Positions 12,160-26,074 of a DNA stretch of 64,000 nucleotides are shown in pieces (within the stretch, counting starts at the first letter, position 1; each line of letters opens with the position of its first letter). A program made the translations under genes and the position numbers. The notes under the pieces are model-generated. The model searched no databases and had not been told where the DNA came from. It worked only from the letters and a program-made list of their open reading frames with translations. Origin of the DNA: Mobula hypostoma (Eukaryota); NCBI RefSeq assembly GCF_963921235.1, contig NC_086105.1, positions 126,666,001-126,730,000 of the forward strand, given 5' to 3'.

Positions 12160-15100
12160 AACTATTCGCCTCTTTGACCATACTCTGCTAGTCAATAGGA
12201 CCGTGGATGACCTTTGACTTCAAACACCATTTTCTGCCCTCTCGCCGGTTCTCTTGATTTATTTAATATCTAGAAATCTATTGATATCAGTTTTATGCAC
12301 AATCTCCACAATTCTTCAGGGAAAAAAGAGTTCAAAGATCTCTTTTGGGTAAAGAAATTTCTCGTTGATCTACCCCTTGGTAACCGTGACCTAAGTTTAA
12401 GACTTGTTAGCCTGGGGAAGTATTCTTTCTGCATCTAATTTGTCAAGTTTGCATGTTTCCAGGAGGTCACTTCTCGTTCTACTGAGATCTAAAGCATAGC
12501 AACATTACCTCGTTAGACATCTTCTAGTGTGACAGATGTAATTCCCAGAACTAGTCTTGGGACTCTTTGCTGCACTCCTATAAGAAGTATCTTCTAAGTA
12601 AGGAGATAAAAATTTTACATATTTTCCAAGAGTAGTCTTGGCATTGCTTAAGGTTAATAGTAAGATACCTTTACACTCGTAATGAAATCCTTTTGCAATA
12701 GAGACCTTCCTAATTGCCTGCTACAACTATGCACTGGCTTCCAATGAGTTTTGTGCAAGAACACCAAGCTATCTTACAATTTCTCACCATTTAAAAATAC
12801 TCAGTGTTCCTGTACTTTTTTTTCTATTCAAGTGGATAGATAACTTGGTGCTTTTTCACTTTGTACTCCTGCCACGTTGTTGCCCATTAGCTTTTCTACA
12901 TCATCTTGAAGTCAGTATATCCTCATCATGTGTCACATTCTCATTTCATTTCATATTAGCAACAAGCCTGGAAATATTGCATTTAGCCCACACTAGTCAC
13001 AGCCTTTCAATTTAACAAGGACACATTTAATCCTAATCTTTGTTTTCCAACACTAAATTCACACCAACATATTTTCCCAATTCCACATGTTCTAACTTTG
13101 TTCATAAGGCTTTCAGATAAGGCTTGATTGAAAGTCTTCTGAAATTCCATATAAAGCACATGCACTCATTCCCATTCATCCACTGTACTTAATACATTCT
13201 CATTGCCAGAAATGATGTCTCTTTGATAAATTGCTGTTGACTGTTACTTTCTGTTTCCTGATGCAGTGTCTTTTAATAAAGAATCCAGTGGATATTTCAC
13301 ATAGAAATTACTGTACTTCATCCACTTACTGAGATATTACATCAATAACTTGTATTTATAAAGGCCTTTGCTATGATAAATATTGCTCCAAAATACTTGG
13401 GAGGGTTTTTCCATTAGAAAGTGGACAAGCCTCCTAAGTAGATATTCCAACAAGAAGTTTGGTTAAAAATGATAGATTTTAATATTTGCAGAAAGAGAAA
13501 TTTTGAAAAAGGTATTTCAGAAATTCTGGTTTTGATATCTAAATGTATGGGCAGTTATTGGCTGGTGATTGTTAAAGAATGTAGGGGTGACAGAGTTTGT
13601 AAAGACAGGAATTTTAAGATTGTGGCATTATTTAACCAAAAGCCTTTGTGTAGGTCAGAAAGCATGGGAGTGATAAGCGAGCGGAATAAGTTAGAAAATC
13701 ATCAGAAATTTGGATGATCTCAAGTTTATTAGGCTGGAAAAAATTTTATTTCATCCAATTTTTGATATTGGAAAAGCAGCCTTACAAGTTTAAATTACAC
13801 TTTATGTTAGATAAAATAGCAGAAAAGAATTATGGTCTCTATATGTTCATGTGTTACAACTGTTTAATATTCATAAGACTCAACATGTAACAAATTAAAT
13901 GCACCTTAAGAAATGCCATTTAAGTGTTTTAGCTTATATAACATTCCATTAGGAGGAGCTCATAGCCAAATCTAATTCAAAATATTTTGAACTTTTGCAT
14001 ATTACAGATTTGCCTCAGACTATTTAAATAGCTTTATACTGCCTCTGATTCTATTCTTAGGCTCAAAGACAACTTGAAAGTAGGCTATTAGTTCTGTATG
14101 CAGCTTTTATCCTTCGCATTTCTCTTTAAATTGAATAAATATTGAAATTAAAATGACTTCATTATGCTTTCTCTCAAAGCTGCCATTCCTCTTTTCCATC
14201 CCTGCAGAGATCATTTAGAACAAATAACATAGAAATATACAGCACAGTACAGGCCCTTATGTTGTGCCAACCTTTTAGCATATTCAAAGCTCAATCTAAC
14301 CCTTCCCACCTATGTAGCCTTCCATTTTTCTATCTTCCATGTGTCTATGTAAGAGTCTCCTAAATGTCCCTAATGTATCTGTCTCCACCACACCCTGGCA
14401 CCCAGCACTCTTTGTGTAAAACAAAACTTACCTCTGACCCTTTACTTTCCTCCAATCGACTTAAATTTATGTCCCCTCATATTATCCATTACTGTCTGGG
14501 AAAAAGTCTCTGGCTATCCACTTGATCTATGCCTCTTATTATCTTGTGCACTTCTATCAAGTCGCCTCTCATCCTTCTTTGCTCCAAAGGGAAAGGCCCG
14601 AGCTCGCTTAACCTAAGACATGCTCTCTAATCAAGGCAGTATCCTGGTAAATTTCCTTTGCACCCTGTCTAATTCTTGTACATAATTCCTATAAGGTGAC
14701 CAGAACTGAACACAATATTTCAATGTGGTCTAACTGAGGTTCTACAGAGCTGCAACATTCGCTTGTAGATGTTGAACTCAATCCTTTGATTAATGAAGGC
14801 CAACATACCATATGCTTTCTTAACAACCCGATCAGCTCTATTCCCTTACTGGAATTAATTACTGTGCAAGCAGCCATATATCTTGAAGTTACCTTTTTCA
14901 TTTCAAGAAGTACTAGACTGTTAAATTTCATGCCAAGCTGCCAAGAAAACACTACCACAGATATTCAGCTTCAGTAATTGAAAACCAAAAGACTGCAGAT
15001 GCTGAAAGTTGAATCAAAGCTGACAGTACAACTAATGTTTGGGTGAGATGTCAAACTGAAGTCCTGAATCCCTTACAAGTGGATATTAAAATATCTTAAT

Positions 15101-15690
15101 ACTGTTTTGCTGATGAGCAGAATGGTTATCTCCAGAATCCTAACAAGTATTTAGAGTAAAGATTTACAAGGATGTTAGCAGGATTTAGGTGACTGGGTTA
15201 TAGGGAGAGGTTAGACAGGCTGGCTCTTCGTTCATTAGAGTTCAGAAGTCAAAGCAATGATCTCATGGAGATATATAAAATCATGAGGGGCAGATTTTCC
15301 AAGATTGGGGAATCAAAATAAATAGGAACACACATAAAAATTGCCGGTGAATGCAGCAGGCTACGCAGCATCTCTAGGAAGAGGTACAGTCGATGTTTTG
15401 GGCCGAGACCCTTCGTCAGGACTAACTGAAAGAAGAGATAGTAAGAGATTTGAAAGACATGGTTTTTAGGCTGGAGGTGGCAGGGTTAACAGAAGCCTGA
15501 GGGGCAATTTTGTTACTGTATATGGAACCAACTGCTAGAGAGAGTTGTTACGCCAGGTACAATAGATTATTGAAGAAGTACGTTGGCAAGTGTATCAATG
15601 ACAAGAGTTCAGAGGGAGGTGGGCCAAGTGAGTAAGTGGATTAGCTTGAATATACGTCATGGTCAGCACAGACAAATATGGGCCAAAGGT
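12160..15690. mobile_element. Old CR1-type LINE fragments (minus ~12160-13230 and 14220-14830; plus ~15160-15690)
   Basis: Similarity to the 45352-46503 copy, e.g. GACCAGAACTGAACACAATATTTCAA and GATCTCATGGAGATATATAAAATCATGAGGGG. Confidence 0.6.
15328..15455 (-). mobile_element. Short Penelope tail with decayed hammerhead, inside a CR1 fragment
   Basis: Matches 17700-17830. Core mutated to AAAACATC on the minus strand. Confidence 0.75.
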
Positions 15691-17699
15691 CTCAAGATCA
15701 ACATCACTGAAGCAGATCGTTTGCATTTTGCTCTTAAGTAAGAACTTGCTATGTTAAGATTAACTTATTCATAGTCTGTGTGACCTGCCTTGAATTTCTT
15801 TCAAGATTATTCAAAATTATAATTTCTTTTATTATTTGTTATTATTCATTCGAGTGATGTGGTTTCACAGGCTGACCCAATGCTTAATTGTCTCCGAGAT
15901 AGTGGTGAAGCACTGCGGTACTTGCAGGTAATGTATATAGTACTTTTAATGTAGCTATGATAAAATGTCATTACATTACTTGACTTACACTATCCAAATA
16001 GATTTAAAGATACAATATTTTTAAATAATACATCAGTTGTGTTTGCTACTGATGGGTGCAACAATGTGTCTTGAGTAATCCCCTTGTCCTATGTGGGGTA
16101 GATATATTGCCTCACTCACAACGAGTTGATGAATTACATAAGCTAACATGGCTGTAGTCAATGGGGAAAATAAGATCACATTTTTTCAGAGAATGTATTA
16201 CACAGCTCAGTTTTTCCTTATCTACGTTACTGTTTCAAATTATGCTACCCTTGGTGAGTATAAATGTTCTTCTCTTCTTCAAAGATCCTCTTTGTCTAAG
16301 CTTTTAATCAGCAATTCTAATATTTTCTTTAACCTCATTTCATTGCCTTGGAATATTTCACATAGTTTAAACTGCCAAATCAGTACAGGTTTTTTTTTTC
16401 TAGGCATGATTAACATAAATGTCTTGATTTTCAAAATTCTGAAGTATTTAGATATAATTGTATTTTATGCAGTGTTTCACTAAATTTGGTTATAGTATTT
16501 GAATAGTCAGGCAAAGCACTTTTTCAGTTCTCTCTGTAATGTAATAGTTATGGTAAACAGATGAACAATACCATTTATGATTACACATAAATATATCTAA
16601 AATTATGTGCATTAAATTATTGTTGTAACTAAGAAAGCTACTGCTTTTAGGCTAAAATATGTTAAACTTGAAATTAATGGATATATATTTATGGGAAATT
16701 CAACTTGCATATTACAACTTTATTTAATTTAGGTCCTTCAAAATTAGGAAAACAAAATCTTAGGCGCTGTATTAAATTCCAATTTTGAGAGGGGAATAGA
16801 TAGTGTACTAATCTATTTTGTTACTCAGTAGCCTCAAAAAAGCGGCATTGATCCATGTTTCAGTTCTCTTAGTTACTCCAGACCATTATCTGTTAAATGC
16901 AGGCTGTTTTACTTTCTCATTTATTAATAATATAATATGCATTTCAATTTAGAACTAATTTATTTTGATCAAATGCCAAACAGAAACCTTATATTTGAGG
17001 TGAATGGTCATATTTTCAGAATGAGCATGTAAAAGTATATTTCACTAATGTGTGTCATATTAATGTTGTTTTGCCAACTAAATCCGAAGTTATAGTGGAG
17101 AGTGTACTTATGTTGAATTTGGATTCCAGCCAGCAGAGAACATAGTCAATGGTCCCTTATCAAAATTGAGGTAATATTTAAATGGTATCCCAGTTTAAGT
17201 CAGCAAGCACAGGAGTGACACATGAACAAGACATTCAGATAGGCACACAAAGTTTTGATTAGTGGGTGGAATGAGGAAGGTTGGCAGGAAGACTTTGAAA
17301 CAGTCAGAATCAAGAGGGAATAAAGGCAGCATGGGAGTTTCAGAATGAGGTGAAATAAGGATAGGGCGGAGTTTGGAAGTAGAATAGGTGATTTTCGTGA
17401 CAATATGGATATGTGGTCTGGAGCTCATCTTAGAGTCAAGTATCGTTTTGTCTGGTTTAGTTTCAGTCATACATGAGGGTGAATGATAGAATCAGAGGCT
17501 AGGGATCGGAGATTGTGATGGGAATTGAAGGTGATGCTCTTTCTAAAGTTATGTTGGAGAAAACTGTAAGCCATCCAGTGCTATATTCTAGCAAACAATC
17601 TAACAATTTAGAGGTAGTTCAGGGTTGAAGATGTGAACTAAACCTGGGTGTCACCAATATCCAAGCTATAATTTCAACCAAGGCAAAAGTTGGACTACA

Positions 17700-18360
17700 A
17701 GCAACACACATCAAAGTTGCTGGTGAACGCAGCAGGCCAGGCAGCATCTCTAGGAAGAGGTACAGTCAACGTTTCAGGCCGAGACCCTTCGTCAGGACTA
17801 ACTGAAGGAAGAACTAATAAGAGATTTGAAAGTGGGAGGGGGAGGGGGAGATCCAAAATGATAGGAAAAGACAGGAGGGGGAGGGATGGAGGCAAGAGCT
17901 GGACAGGTGATTGGCAAAAGGGATATGAGAGGATCATGGGACAGGAGGCCCAGGGAGAAGGAAAAGGGGGGGGGTAAACCCAGAGGATGGGCAAGGGGTA
18001 TAGTCAGAGGGACAGAGGGAGAAAAAGGAGAGTGAGAGAAAGAAAGTGTGTATATAAATAACGGATGGGGTACAAGGGGGAGGTGGGGCATTAGCGGAAG
18101 TTGGAGAAGTCAATGTTCATGCCATCAGGTTGGAGCCATCCCTCCCCCTCCTGTCTTTTCCTATCATTTTGGATCTCCCCCTCCCCCTCCCACTTTAAAA
18201 TCTCTTACTAGTTCTTCCTTCAGTTAGTCCTGATGAAGGGTCTCACCCTGAAACGTCGACTGTACCTCTTCCTAGAGATGCTGCCTGGCCTGCTGCGTTC
18301 ACCAGCAACTTTGATGTGTGTTGCTTGAATTTCTAGCATCTGCAGAATTCCTCGTGTTTG
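17700..18360. mobile_element. Fold-back non-autonomous Penelope-derived insertion
   Basis: Inverted arms ~17700-17890 and ~18137-18325. 12-bp TSD AGTTGGACTACA at 17688-17699 and 18361-18372. Confidence 0.88.
18225..18262 (+). ncRNA. Minimal hammerhead ribozyme motif
   Basis: TAGTC-CTGATGA-AGGG-TCTCA-CCCT-GAAAC-GTC-GACTG. Partner copy on the minus strand at 17763-17800 has a GTT triplet. Confidence 0.75.
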
Positions 18361-18614
18361 AGTTGGACTACAGTTAAGCCAAGGTTACAAAGAAACAGGT
18401 ATAATTCAGATCAAGGTATTCTCTGGGGATTGGTTTAACCGCTAACTTCATTGAAAGATAATTTGTAAATTACAAATTGAAGCAATTTTTGACTTTTTAT
18501 ATTAGCTTCATATTCACATAGGAAATGATTCCAGTGATGATTCATCAAGGGACAGCAGATTTAATTTCAAACTAGCTATTAGAGAAAGGATTTAGTTCTT
18601 TCCTGGCATATACG

Positions 18615-19300
18615 ATGCATAAACTGTTCTCGGGTTCCGGCTGGGTACAGGTGTTGATCTTAACCGATGTTTTGATGACAAATTCAACCATCTTCATCAG
18701 GGATGATGCCTAGGCACGTCTCGCCCAGTGGTGTATATACTCAACTCCCATCATCCATCCCTCCTGATAGATTAGTCCTCAACCAATCAGGTTTCCACTA
18801 TCCCACCTTGCTAAAAATTGTATTCCGGTTCTTTCTTAGAACGGGATCTTTGTCTTTCTTAAAATTCTTATTCTCTCATCTTATTTCAGTGGCCTCCTTC
18901 ACTAGGCTCTCCCAAAAGCCATTGATGTGGCACTGTAGTTTTGTGCCGTTGAAGTCAATCCTGTGGTTATTGCATATGCAGTGTTCCTCTAACACCGATT
19001 TATCTGGGTATCCCAAACGGATACACCTCCTATGCTCCTTGATGCAGTTTTCTTACGTGGCTGATATACGTTGCTCTGCATTCACAAGTAATCCTGTAAA
19101 TGCTAGCCGTCCTGAATCCCAGTTCATCTTTCACCCACATAATCTGAGATTTGAGGTTCCTTACAGGTTTGCAGGTGGTATTAATCTGAATTCAGGATCC
19201 TGGCAATCCTTCCAGAAACTGTGGAAATATAGGGAAGACAAGTGGCATCGGTGGGCTGCTCCTCATTGTTAGGCTTCCTGGTTTTTCTGTCGGCCCTCTT
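18615..19300 (-). mobile_element. Second Penelope-like family, 3' fragment (GIY-YIG remnant + hammerhead-bearing end)
   Basis: Homologous to 60240-60922. Minus strand has CTGATGA-A-GATGGTTGAATTTGTCATC-AAAAC-ATC near 18663-18705. Confidence 0.7.
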
Positions 19301-20027
19301 AAACTGTTAGAAAACTAAGTATTTGATGTAATGTTCACTGGTTGGATATGCAACACCATTGACAGAATTTTGTAAATATATTTCTTATAACCTACAGTTT
19401 TAACGAGTTTTGTCTGTGAAAACTAAAATTCATTTTCTTTAACACAAATAAAGCATTGCCACTTGAATCTTTCATGAAACTCCTCGTACGCTTGGATGAG
19501 ATGATCATGGTAACAGCTATGTCTTTAGTTCTTATTGTGATTTATCTCAACTGTTTTCTAAGTGTGAAAATAAGAAATTTGGAAGTGGGGCCATGTGCAA
19601 ATGGAAATTGTGGACAAGTAAGCTCAAGGGATCATGTGGGCCAAGAAGTGAGAAGATATTCTATAATAGTTCTCATTTGAGCTAAAATTTTGCCTGTGAT
19701 GTACTGGACCAAATCCACCACCTTTTGTAGGATTTTCTATTCAGGGGCATTGGTGTTTCCATACCAGAATGTGATGTAGCCAGTCAATACACTCTCTACT
19801 ACAAATCTATAGAAGTTTGTCAAAGTTTTAGATGTTATGCCGAACCTCTGCAGACTCCTAAGGAAGTAGAGGCATTGCTGTGTTTTCTAAGCAATTGCAC
19901 GTAAATGCTGGGCCCAGGACAGCTGATGACACTGAGGAATTTAAAGTTGTTGACCCTCTCCACCCCTGATCCTCCGATGAGGACTGACTCATGGTCCTCT
20001 GGTTTCTCTTTCCTGAAGTCTACAATC

Positions 20028-21100
20028 AGGATGCTCTTTAATGACCACAGCTTTGCATTCAATACTATCATCCCCTCAAAACTAATCAATGAGCTTCAAG
20101 TCCTTGGCCCAAGTACCTCCTTGTGCAACTGGATCTTTGATTTCCTCACTTGCAGACCCCAGTCAGTTTGGATTCGTAACAACATCTCCCCCATGGGCTC
20201 CATCAGCACAGCTGCACCACAAGGCTGTGTACTGAGTGCCCTGCTCTACTTGTTTTACACTTATGACTGTGTGGCTAAGCACAGCTCCAATGCCATATAT
20301 ATTTGCTGATGACAACACTATCATTGACCGAATCAAAGGTGGTGACGAATCAGTATATAAGAGGGAGATTGAAAATCTAGCTGAGTGGTGCCACGACAAC
20401 AACCTCTCACTCTGTCAGCAAGACAAAGGAGCTGGTTATTTGAGACGAGGAAACCAGAGGTCCTTCAGCCAATCTTCATCAGAGGATCAGAGGTGGAGAG
20501 GGTCAACAACATTAAATTCCTCAGTGTTATTATTTCAGAGGACCTGTCCTGGGCAATTACAAAGAAAGCATGGCAGCGCTTCTACTTCCACAGTAAGAAA
20601 ATTCGGCATGACATCTAAAACTTCGAAAAAATTTTATAGATATGTAGTGGAGAGTATATTGACTGGCCGTGTTACAGCCTATTATGGAAACATTAATGCC
20701 CTTGAACGGAAAATCCTACAAAAAGTAGTGGATTCTGCCCAGTCCATCAGTGGTAAAGTTCTCCGCACCATTGAGCACATCTACACAGAGCGTTATTGCA
20801 GGAAAGCGGCATCTATCATCTGGAACCACCACCAACCAAGTCAAGCTCTCTTCTCGGTGCTGCCATCAGGAAAAAGGTACAGCAGCCTCAACCTTCACAC
20901 CACCAGATTCAGGAACAGTTATTACCCTTCAACCATCAATCTCTTCAATCAGAGTGGATAACTTCATAACTTCACTCAATTTCACTTGCCCCATATCTAA
21001 ACTGTTCCCACAACCTATGAACTCACTTTCAAGGATTGTTCACCTACATGTTCTCAATAATTATTGTTTATTGATTTTATTATTATTTATTTATTTATTT
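20028..21100 (+). mobile_element. Rex1/Babar LINE fragment (RT + C-terminal domain), degenerate
   Basis: [47 protein letters not shown]. An opposite-strand fragment lies at ~19700-20025. Confidence 0.88.
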
Positions 21101-23170
21101 TCTCAGCTCAAACTGGTAAAACTTGAGGTATAAGCATAGCCAAGCACACTCATTTGTCAATTGCCAAGAACTTTCAGACTATTCTAGTGGTGTTTAGTAT
21201 GGTGAAGAATTGCATTGATATCACTATGTAACTGTTGATGAAGTTTGTCCCTGTATCATGTCATGTCAGTCTCAGGTTCCATTACTCTGTAGTATACCTG
21301 CATTGTGAATGTGTTTACTTCTAATAACCACTCCATGCATGTCATTTTTCTCTTAACTGCTTGAGTGGTCTCAGTTGTAAGTGCACTTCTCCCCTGAGAA
21401 ACTCTTGCAGCAGTTGTAGCCTGTGGGATTGGGGGCTACTATGAGTGCTGGCAGTATCTTTTTTCGTGCTTCCCAGTGCCTGCCTGCCCATTCAGCAGTG
21501 CACCACTTGCAGATCACTTACTGTTATGCCCAGCGCTAGCTCCAGGCAGCGGCTGTATCACTATTCCAAAGACTTCTCTCCATTTCTAAAGTGAAAAGGT
21601 ATTGCTTTTAATACCTACAGCCAGGTTTTAGGTTCAGCTGCCCCTAACGTGGAGAACAGACACTGGCCGGAGCATCGCCCAATCTGCTTACAGACTTGTC
21701 TGGATATTTTATTATTATTATTATGAATTCTTTTGTATTTGCACAAATTGTTGTCCACCCTGTTGGGTGTGGTTTTTCATTTAGTTTATGATGATTATTG
21801 GATTTATAGAGTATGCCCATAAGAAATCGAATCTTAGGGTGGTATATAGTGACATATATGTACTCTGATAATAAAATCACTTTAAACTTTTGAGATTTCA
21901 ACTTTTGAAATGTAGAACGAAGTCAGAGATGGGACCATGCAGGTGTGTGAAGATGAAAAACCTATGCTTCTGTTGAACATGAAACTATCTAGCCCTGAGA
22001 GAAAAGGATAACAGGAAAAAGATCCATTATGAGTGGGAGAATGAAAAGTAGCATCACAAAAGATAATTGGACCCATTGTGCCCTATCCTATTTAGTCAAT
22101 GGTATAGGCTTGCACCCCATTTTCCCATTCCATAGCAAGCAAACTATTTAGAAAAAATAAACTAAATTGCAGTCAAATTAAGAGAAATATACTCCATTCT
22201 GTAGAGAGGTTACTATCTCACCTAAAATACAAAAGGAAGTCTAAAATTATGGACAAAATCATTTCTTAGAGATCTATGAAAGAATTGGAAGAGTTTGAAC
22301 TAATTGCTGACATCCATCTTTCATGAGGGAAGTACTTGTGTGGGAACAGTTTCATGCTTAGACATGATACCTTTCCGTGAATAAATTTATTGCAATGATT
22401 TATAAATTTGTATGTGAATAATAAATTGCAGAAGTTATGCTGTAAAGTGGTTCCCCATAGAACACTTTCAAGGAGCCAACTCCTTCAACAAAGGAAACTG
22501 GCTCAACTGAAGAAAATTGTAATTGAGATCTATTTTTAGATGAAAATGTAATTTCAGAAATTATTCTAAGTTCTGAATGTTGCTTTTAATATTTCAACCT
22601 AACTGTAATGTACTTTTCACAGAAGTAAAGTAACATTGTTTTTAAAATTGTGTTAGTTGCCTCAGAGTGTTACTGGTGAATGAATGGGTCCAGGTCACCA
22701 TTCTTTCCCAATTGACAGGTGTGCAAAACTTCCCACTAGTTTCCCAAATGAACAAGTGAAAAAATTCCACCCCCTTGAAGAAACAAATTTAATATTGTTC
22801 AATGTCTTTTGATTATGAATGTTTCATATTTTGTTTCACAGAATGAGATAGGTGTTGCCATTTATCTAAAAATAAACTAACAGAATGATATATTAATTGC
22901 AGACTGCTATATTTCAGAACAAAAAGGACCTGTATTAGTGAAGAATTTTCAGAGTGTCCCAAAAAGCTTCATTACCAATGATTTTTAGGAGGGTATTATT
23001 TTTCTGAAGTATAAAATAAGGCAACCAAGAAATCAGAAGCAGGTTTAATGTCACCGGCATATGTTATGAAATCAAACAACAGGAATTCTGCAGATGCTGG
23101 AAATTCAAGCAACACACATCAAATTTGCTGGTGAACGCAGCAGGCCAAGCAGCATCTATAGGAAGAGGCG

Positions 23171-23208
23171 CAGTCGACGTTTCAGGCCGAGACCCTTCGT
23201 CAGGACTA
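23171..23208 (-). ncRNA. Minimal type I hammerhead ribozyme motif (intact core)
   Basis: Exact reverse complement of 23492-23529. Confidence 0.8.
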
Positions 23209-23491
23209 ACTGAAGGAAGAGTGAGTAAGGGATTTGAAAGCTGGAGGGGGAGGGGGAGGGGGAGATGCAAAATGATAGGAGAAGACAGGAGGGGGAGGGA
23301 TAGAGCCGAGAGCTGGACAGGTGATAGGCAAAAGGGGATACGAGAGGATCATGGGACAGGAGGTCCGGGAAGAAAGACGGGGGGGGGGTGACATGATCCT
23401 CTCGTATCCCCTTTTGCCTATCACCTGTCCAGCTCTTGGCTCTATCCCTCCCCCTCCAGCTTTCAAATCCCTTACTCACTCTTCCTTCAGT

Positions 23492-23529
23492 TAGTCCTGA
23501 CGAAGGGTCTCGGCCTGAAACGTCGACTG
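23492..23529 (+). ncRNA. Minimal type I hammerhead ribozyme motif (intact core)
   Basis: TAGTC-CTGACGA-AGGGTCTCGGCCT-GAAAC-GTC|GACTG. Conserved CUGANGA and GAAA boxes, stem I UAGUC/GACUG, short stem II, GUC cleavage triplet (predicted cut after 23524). Confidence 0.8.
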
Positions 23530-26074
23530 CGCCTCTTCCTATAGATGCTGCTTGGCCTGCTGTGTTCACCAGCAACTTTGATGTGTGTTGTTATGAAATC
23601 TGTGGTTTTGTGGCAGCAGTACAATAAAATACATAATAAATACAATAAGAAGAATATGTTAAAAATCAATTAAATAAGTAATGCAAGAAAAAATGCAAAA
23701 AATACTGAGGAAATGTTCATGGAGGCGCCATTGTCCATTCAGATATCTGATGGCTTATGGGGAAGAAGCTGTTCCTGAAACATTGAGTATGTGTCTTCAA
23801 GATCTGTACTGCTTCCTTGATGGTGGCAATGAGAAGAGAGCATGTCCTGGATGATGGGGGGGGGGGTCCTAAAAGATGGATGCCACTTTTTTGAACATTG
23901 CATTTTGAAGGTGTCTTTGATGTTGGAGAGGCTAGTGCTCACAATGAGCTGGCTGAGTTTACAACTTTCTACAGCTTTTTCTGGTCCCATGCAGTGGCCC
24001 CTCTGTTACCGTGGAGCTGATTATTAACTTCAGCAGGAGGAAATCAGAGGTACATGACCTATGAGGTGGAGAAACTAAATTCATCAGTGTTATCATTTCA
24101 TTTGGCATGATACCTAAAATGTTGACAAGCCTCTATAGATGTGTGGTGGGGAGTATATTGACTGGCTGCATCATTGGCTGATATAGAAACAGTAAGGCCC
24201 GTGAATGAAAAGTCCTACAAAAAGTAGTGGATATGGCCCAGTCTATCACAGGTAAAGCCTTCCCTACTATTGAGCACATCTGCATGGAGTGCTGTGGCAG
24301 GAAAGCAGCATCCATCATCAGGGACTCCCACCACCCAGGTCATGCTGTCTTCTTGCTGCTGCCATCAGGAAGAAGGTATAGGAGCCTCAGCACTCACACC
24401 ACCATGTTCCAGAACAGTTATTACCCCTCAGCCATCAGTTTCCTGAACCAGTGGAGATAACTTCATTAGCCCCATCACTGAACTGTTTCCACAACCTATG
24501 GACTCACTTTCAAGGACACTTAATCTCATGTTCTTGAGATGTATTGTTTGTTTATTAAGTTTTCTTATTTTTATTTGCAGTTTGTTGTCTTTTGAAGATT
24601 GGTTGTTTGTCTATCCTGTTGGGTGTGGCCTTTCATTGATTCTATTGTGTTTCTTGGACTTACTATGAATACCCACAAGAAAACAAATTTCAGAGTTGTG
24701 TATGGTGACATATATATGCTTTGATAATAAATTTACTTTGAACTTTGAACCAGACGGTGATGCAACCACTTAGAATTCTCTCCACGGTACAACTGTAGAA
24801 ATTTGAAAATGTCTTAGGTGACTTACCAATTACCGTCAAACTCCTCATGAAATATAGCTGTTGTTGTGCCTTCTTTGTCATTGCATCAATATGCTTGGCC
24901 CAGGATAGATCTTTAGCGGCGTTGACAGCCAGGAACTTGAACTGCTCACCCTTTCCACTTCTGATCCGTTGATGAGAACTGGTGTGTGTTCCCTTGACTT
25001 ACCCTAGCTGAAGTCCACAATCAATTCCTTGGTCTCACTGACGTTGAGTACAAGAAAAAGGTTGTGGCTGTGAAAGCACTCATCCAACTGATCTATCTTG
25101 CTTCTGTATGCCTCCTTGTCACCATCTGAAGTTCCGCCAACAATAGTTGTGTTGTTGGCAAATTTATAGATGGTGTTTAAGCTGTGCCTAGCCACACAGT
25201 CATAGATGCAGAGAGAGTATAGCAGTGGGCTACGCACGTGTCCTTGAGGCGCACCAGTGTTGATTGTCAGCAAGGAGGAGATGTTATTTCCGATCCATAC
25301 AGACTGTGCTCTCCTGGTGAGAAAGTCAAGGATCTAGTTTTAGAGGGAGCTACAGACCCCCAGGTTTTGGAGTTTTTTGATTAGAACTGAGGATATGATT
25401 GTACTGAACACTGAACTGTAGTCAATAAAACAGCAGCTTGACGTAGGTAGTACTATTGTCCAGGTGATCCAAGGCCAAGTGGAGATCCGGTGTGAATTTC
25501 TTACAAAGAAGAGAAAGTGAGTGCCTATAGATTAATTAATTTAGTAATCTTCTTGATAAGTTTGTGCAAATCTGTTTAAATCAGATATCTGTCTGAATCC
25601 ATGTTTTTACTGTATCATATTCTGTATAGAATTATTTTGTTAATGTAAAAACTATAGATGTATGTATCACTTCTGTCACAAACTAAAGGATTTGTGAAAA
25701 ATATCCCAAGTTATTCCCTTCCCCATGGTATCTAAGTAGTAAAAGGCTCCTTCTTGGAATCATGAGGAAAACTTGTGAGATTACTTTCATGATACTCATT
25801 ATGAAACAGTTTCTGAAAACAATAATTTATCAGTGCATACTTAGTACCACAAAGAAAACCACTGAGAAACAATCCTGAAATACTAAGGAGGAGTTGTTTT
25901 TTCTGATCTGCACAGTCTGTGTTCTCCTGGTGAGGAAGTCAAGGATCCAGTTTCAGAGGGAGGTACAGAGGCCCAGGTTTTGGAGCTTTTTGATTAGTTC
26001 TTTTACTAATTTAAATTGCACTATCAGTACTTACTGCATGAAGCTATAACTGAGAAAATTCTTTTTGAAATCAG

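Larger units (their letters stand above)
23074..23588. mobile_element. Fold-back non-autonomous Penelope-derived insertion nested in a Rex/Babar 3' UTR
   Basis: Near-perfect inverted arms. 12-bp TSD TGTTATGAAATC at 23062-23073 and 23589-23600. Confidence 0.9.
23030..25495. mobile_element. Cluster of Rex1/Babar LINE fragments (minus 23030-24005, plus 24105-24748, minus 24749-25495)
   Basis: LPSGRRYRS, GAPQG..SPLLYSL, KFANNTTIVG; 3' tail AATAAATTTACTTTGAACTTTGAA. Confidence 0.82.

Noticed and set aside
18703-19272. 189-aa plus-strand ORF and similar ORFs (5850..6335, 29855..30346, 40894..41382)
   Set aside because: Antisense or off-frame readings of transposon remnants with no independent coding signal.
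19700-21000. Twin-priming 5' inversion of a single Rex/Babar insertion
   Set aside because: The inverted part overlaps a region also present, diverged, in the forward part, which fits two independent insertions better.
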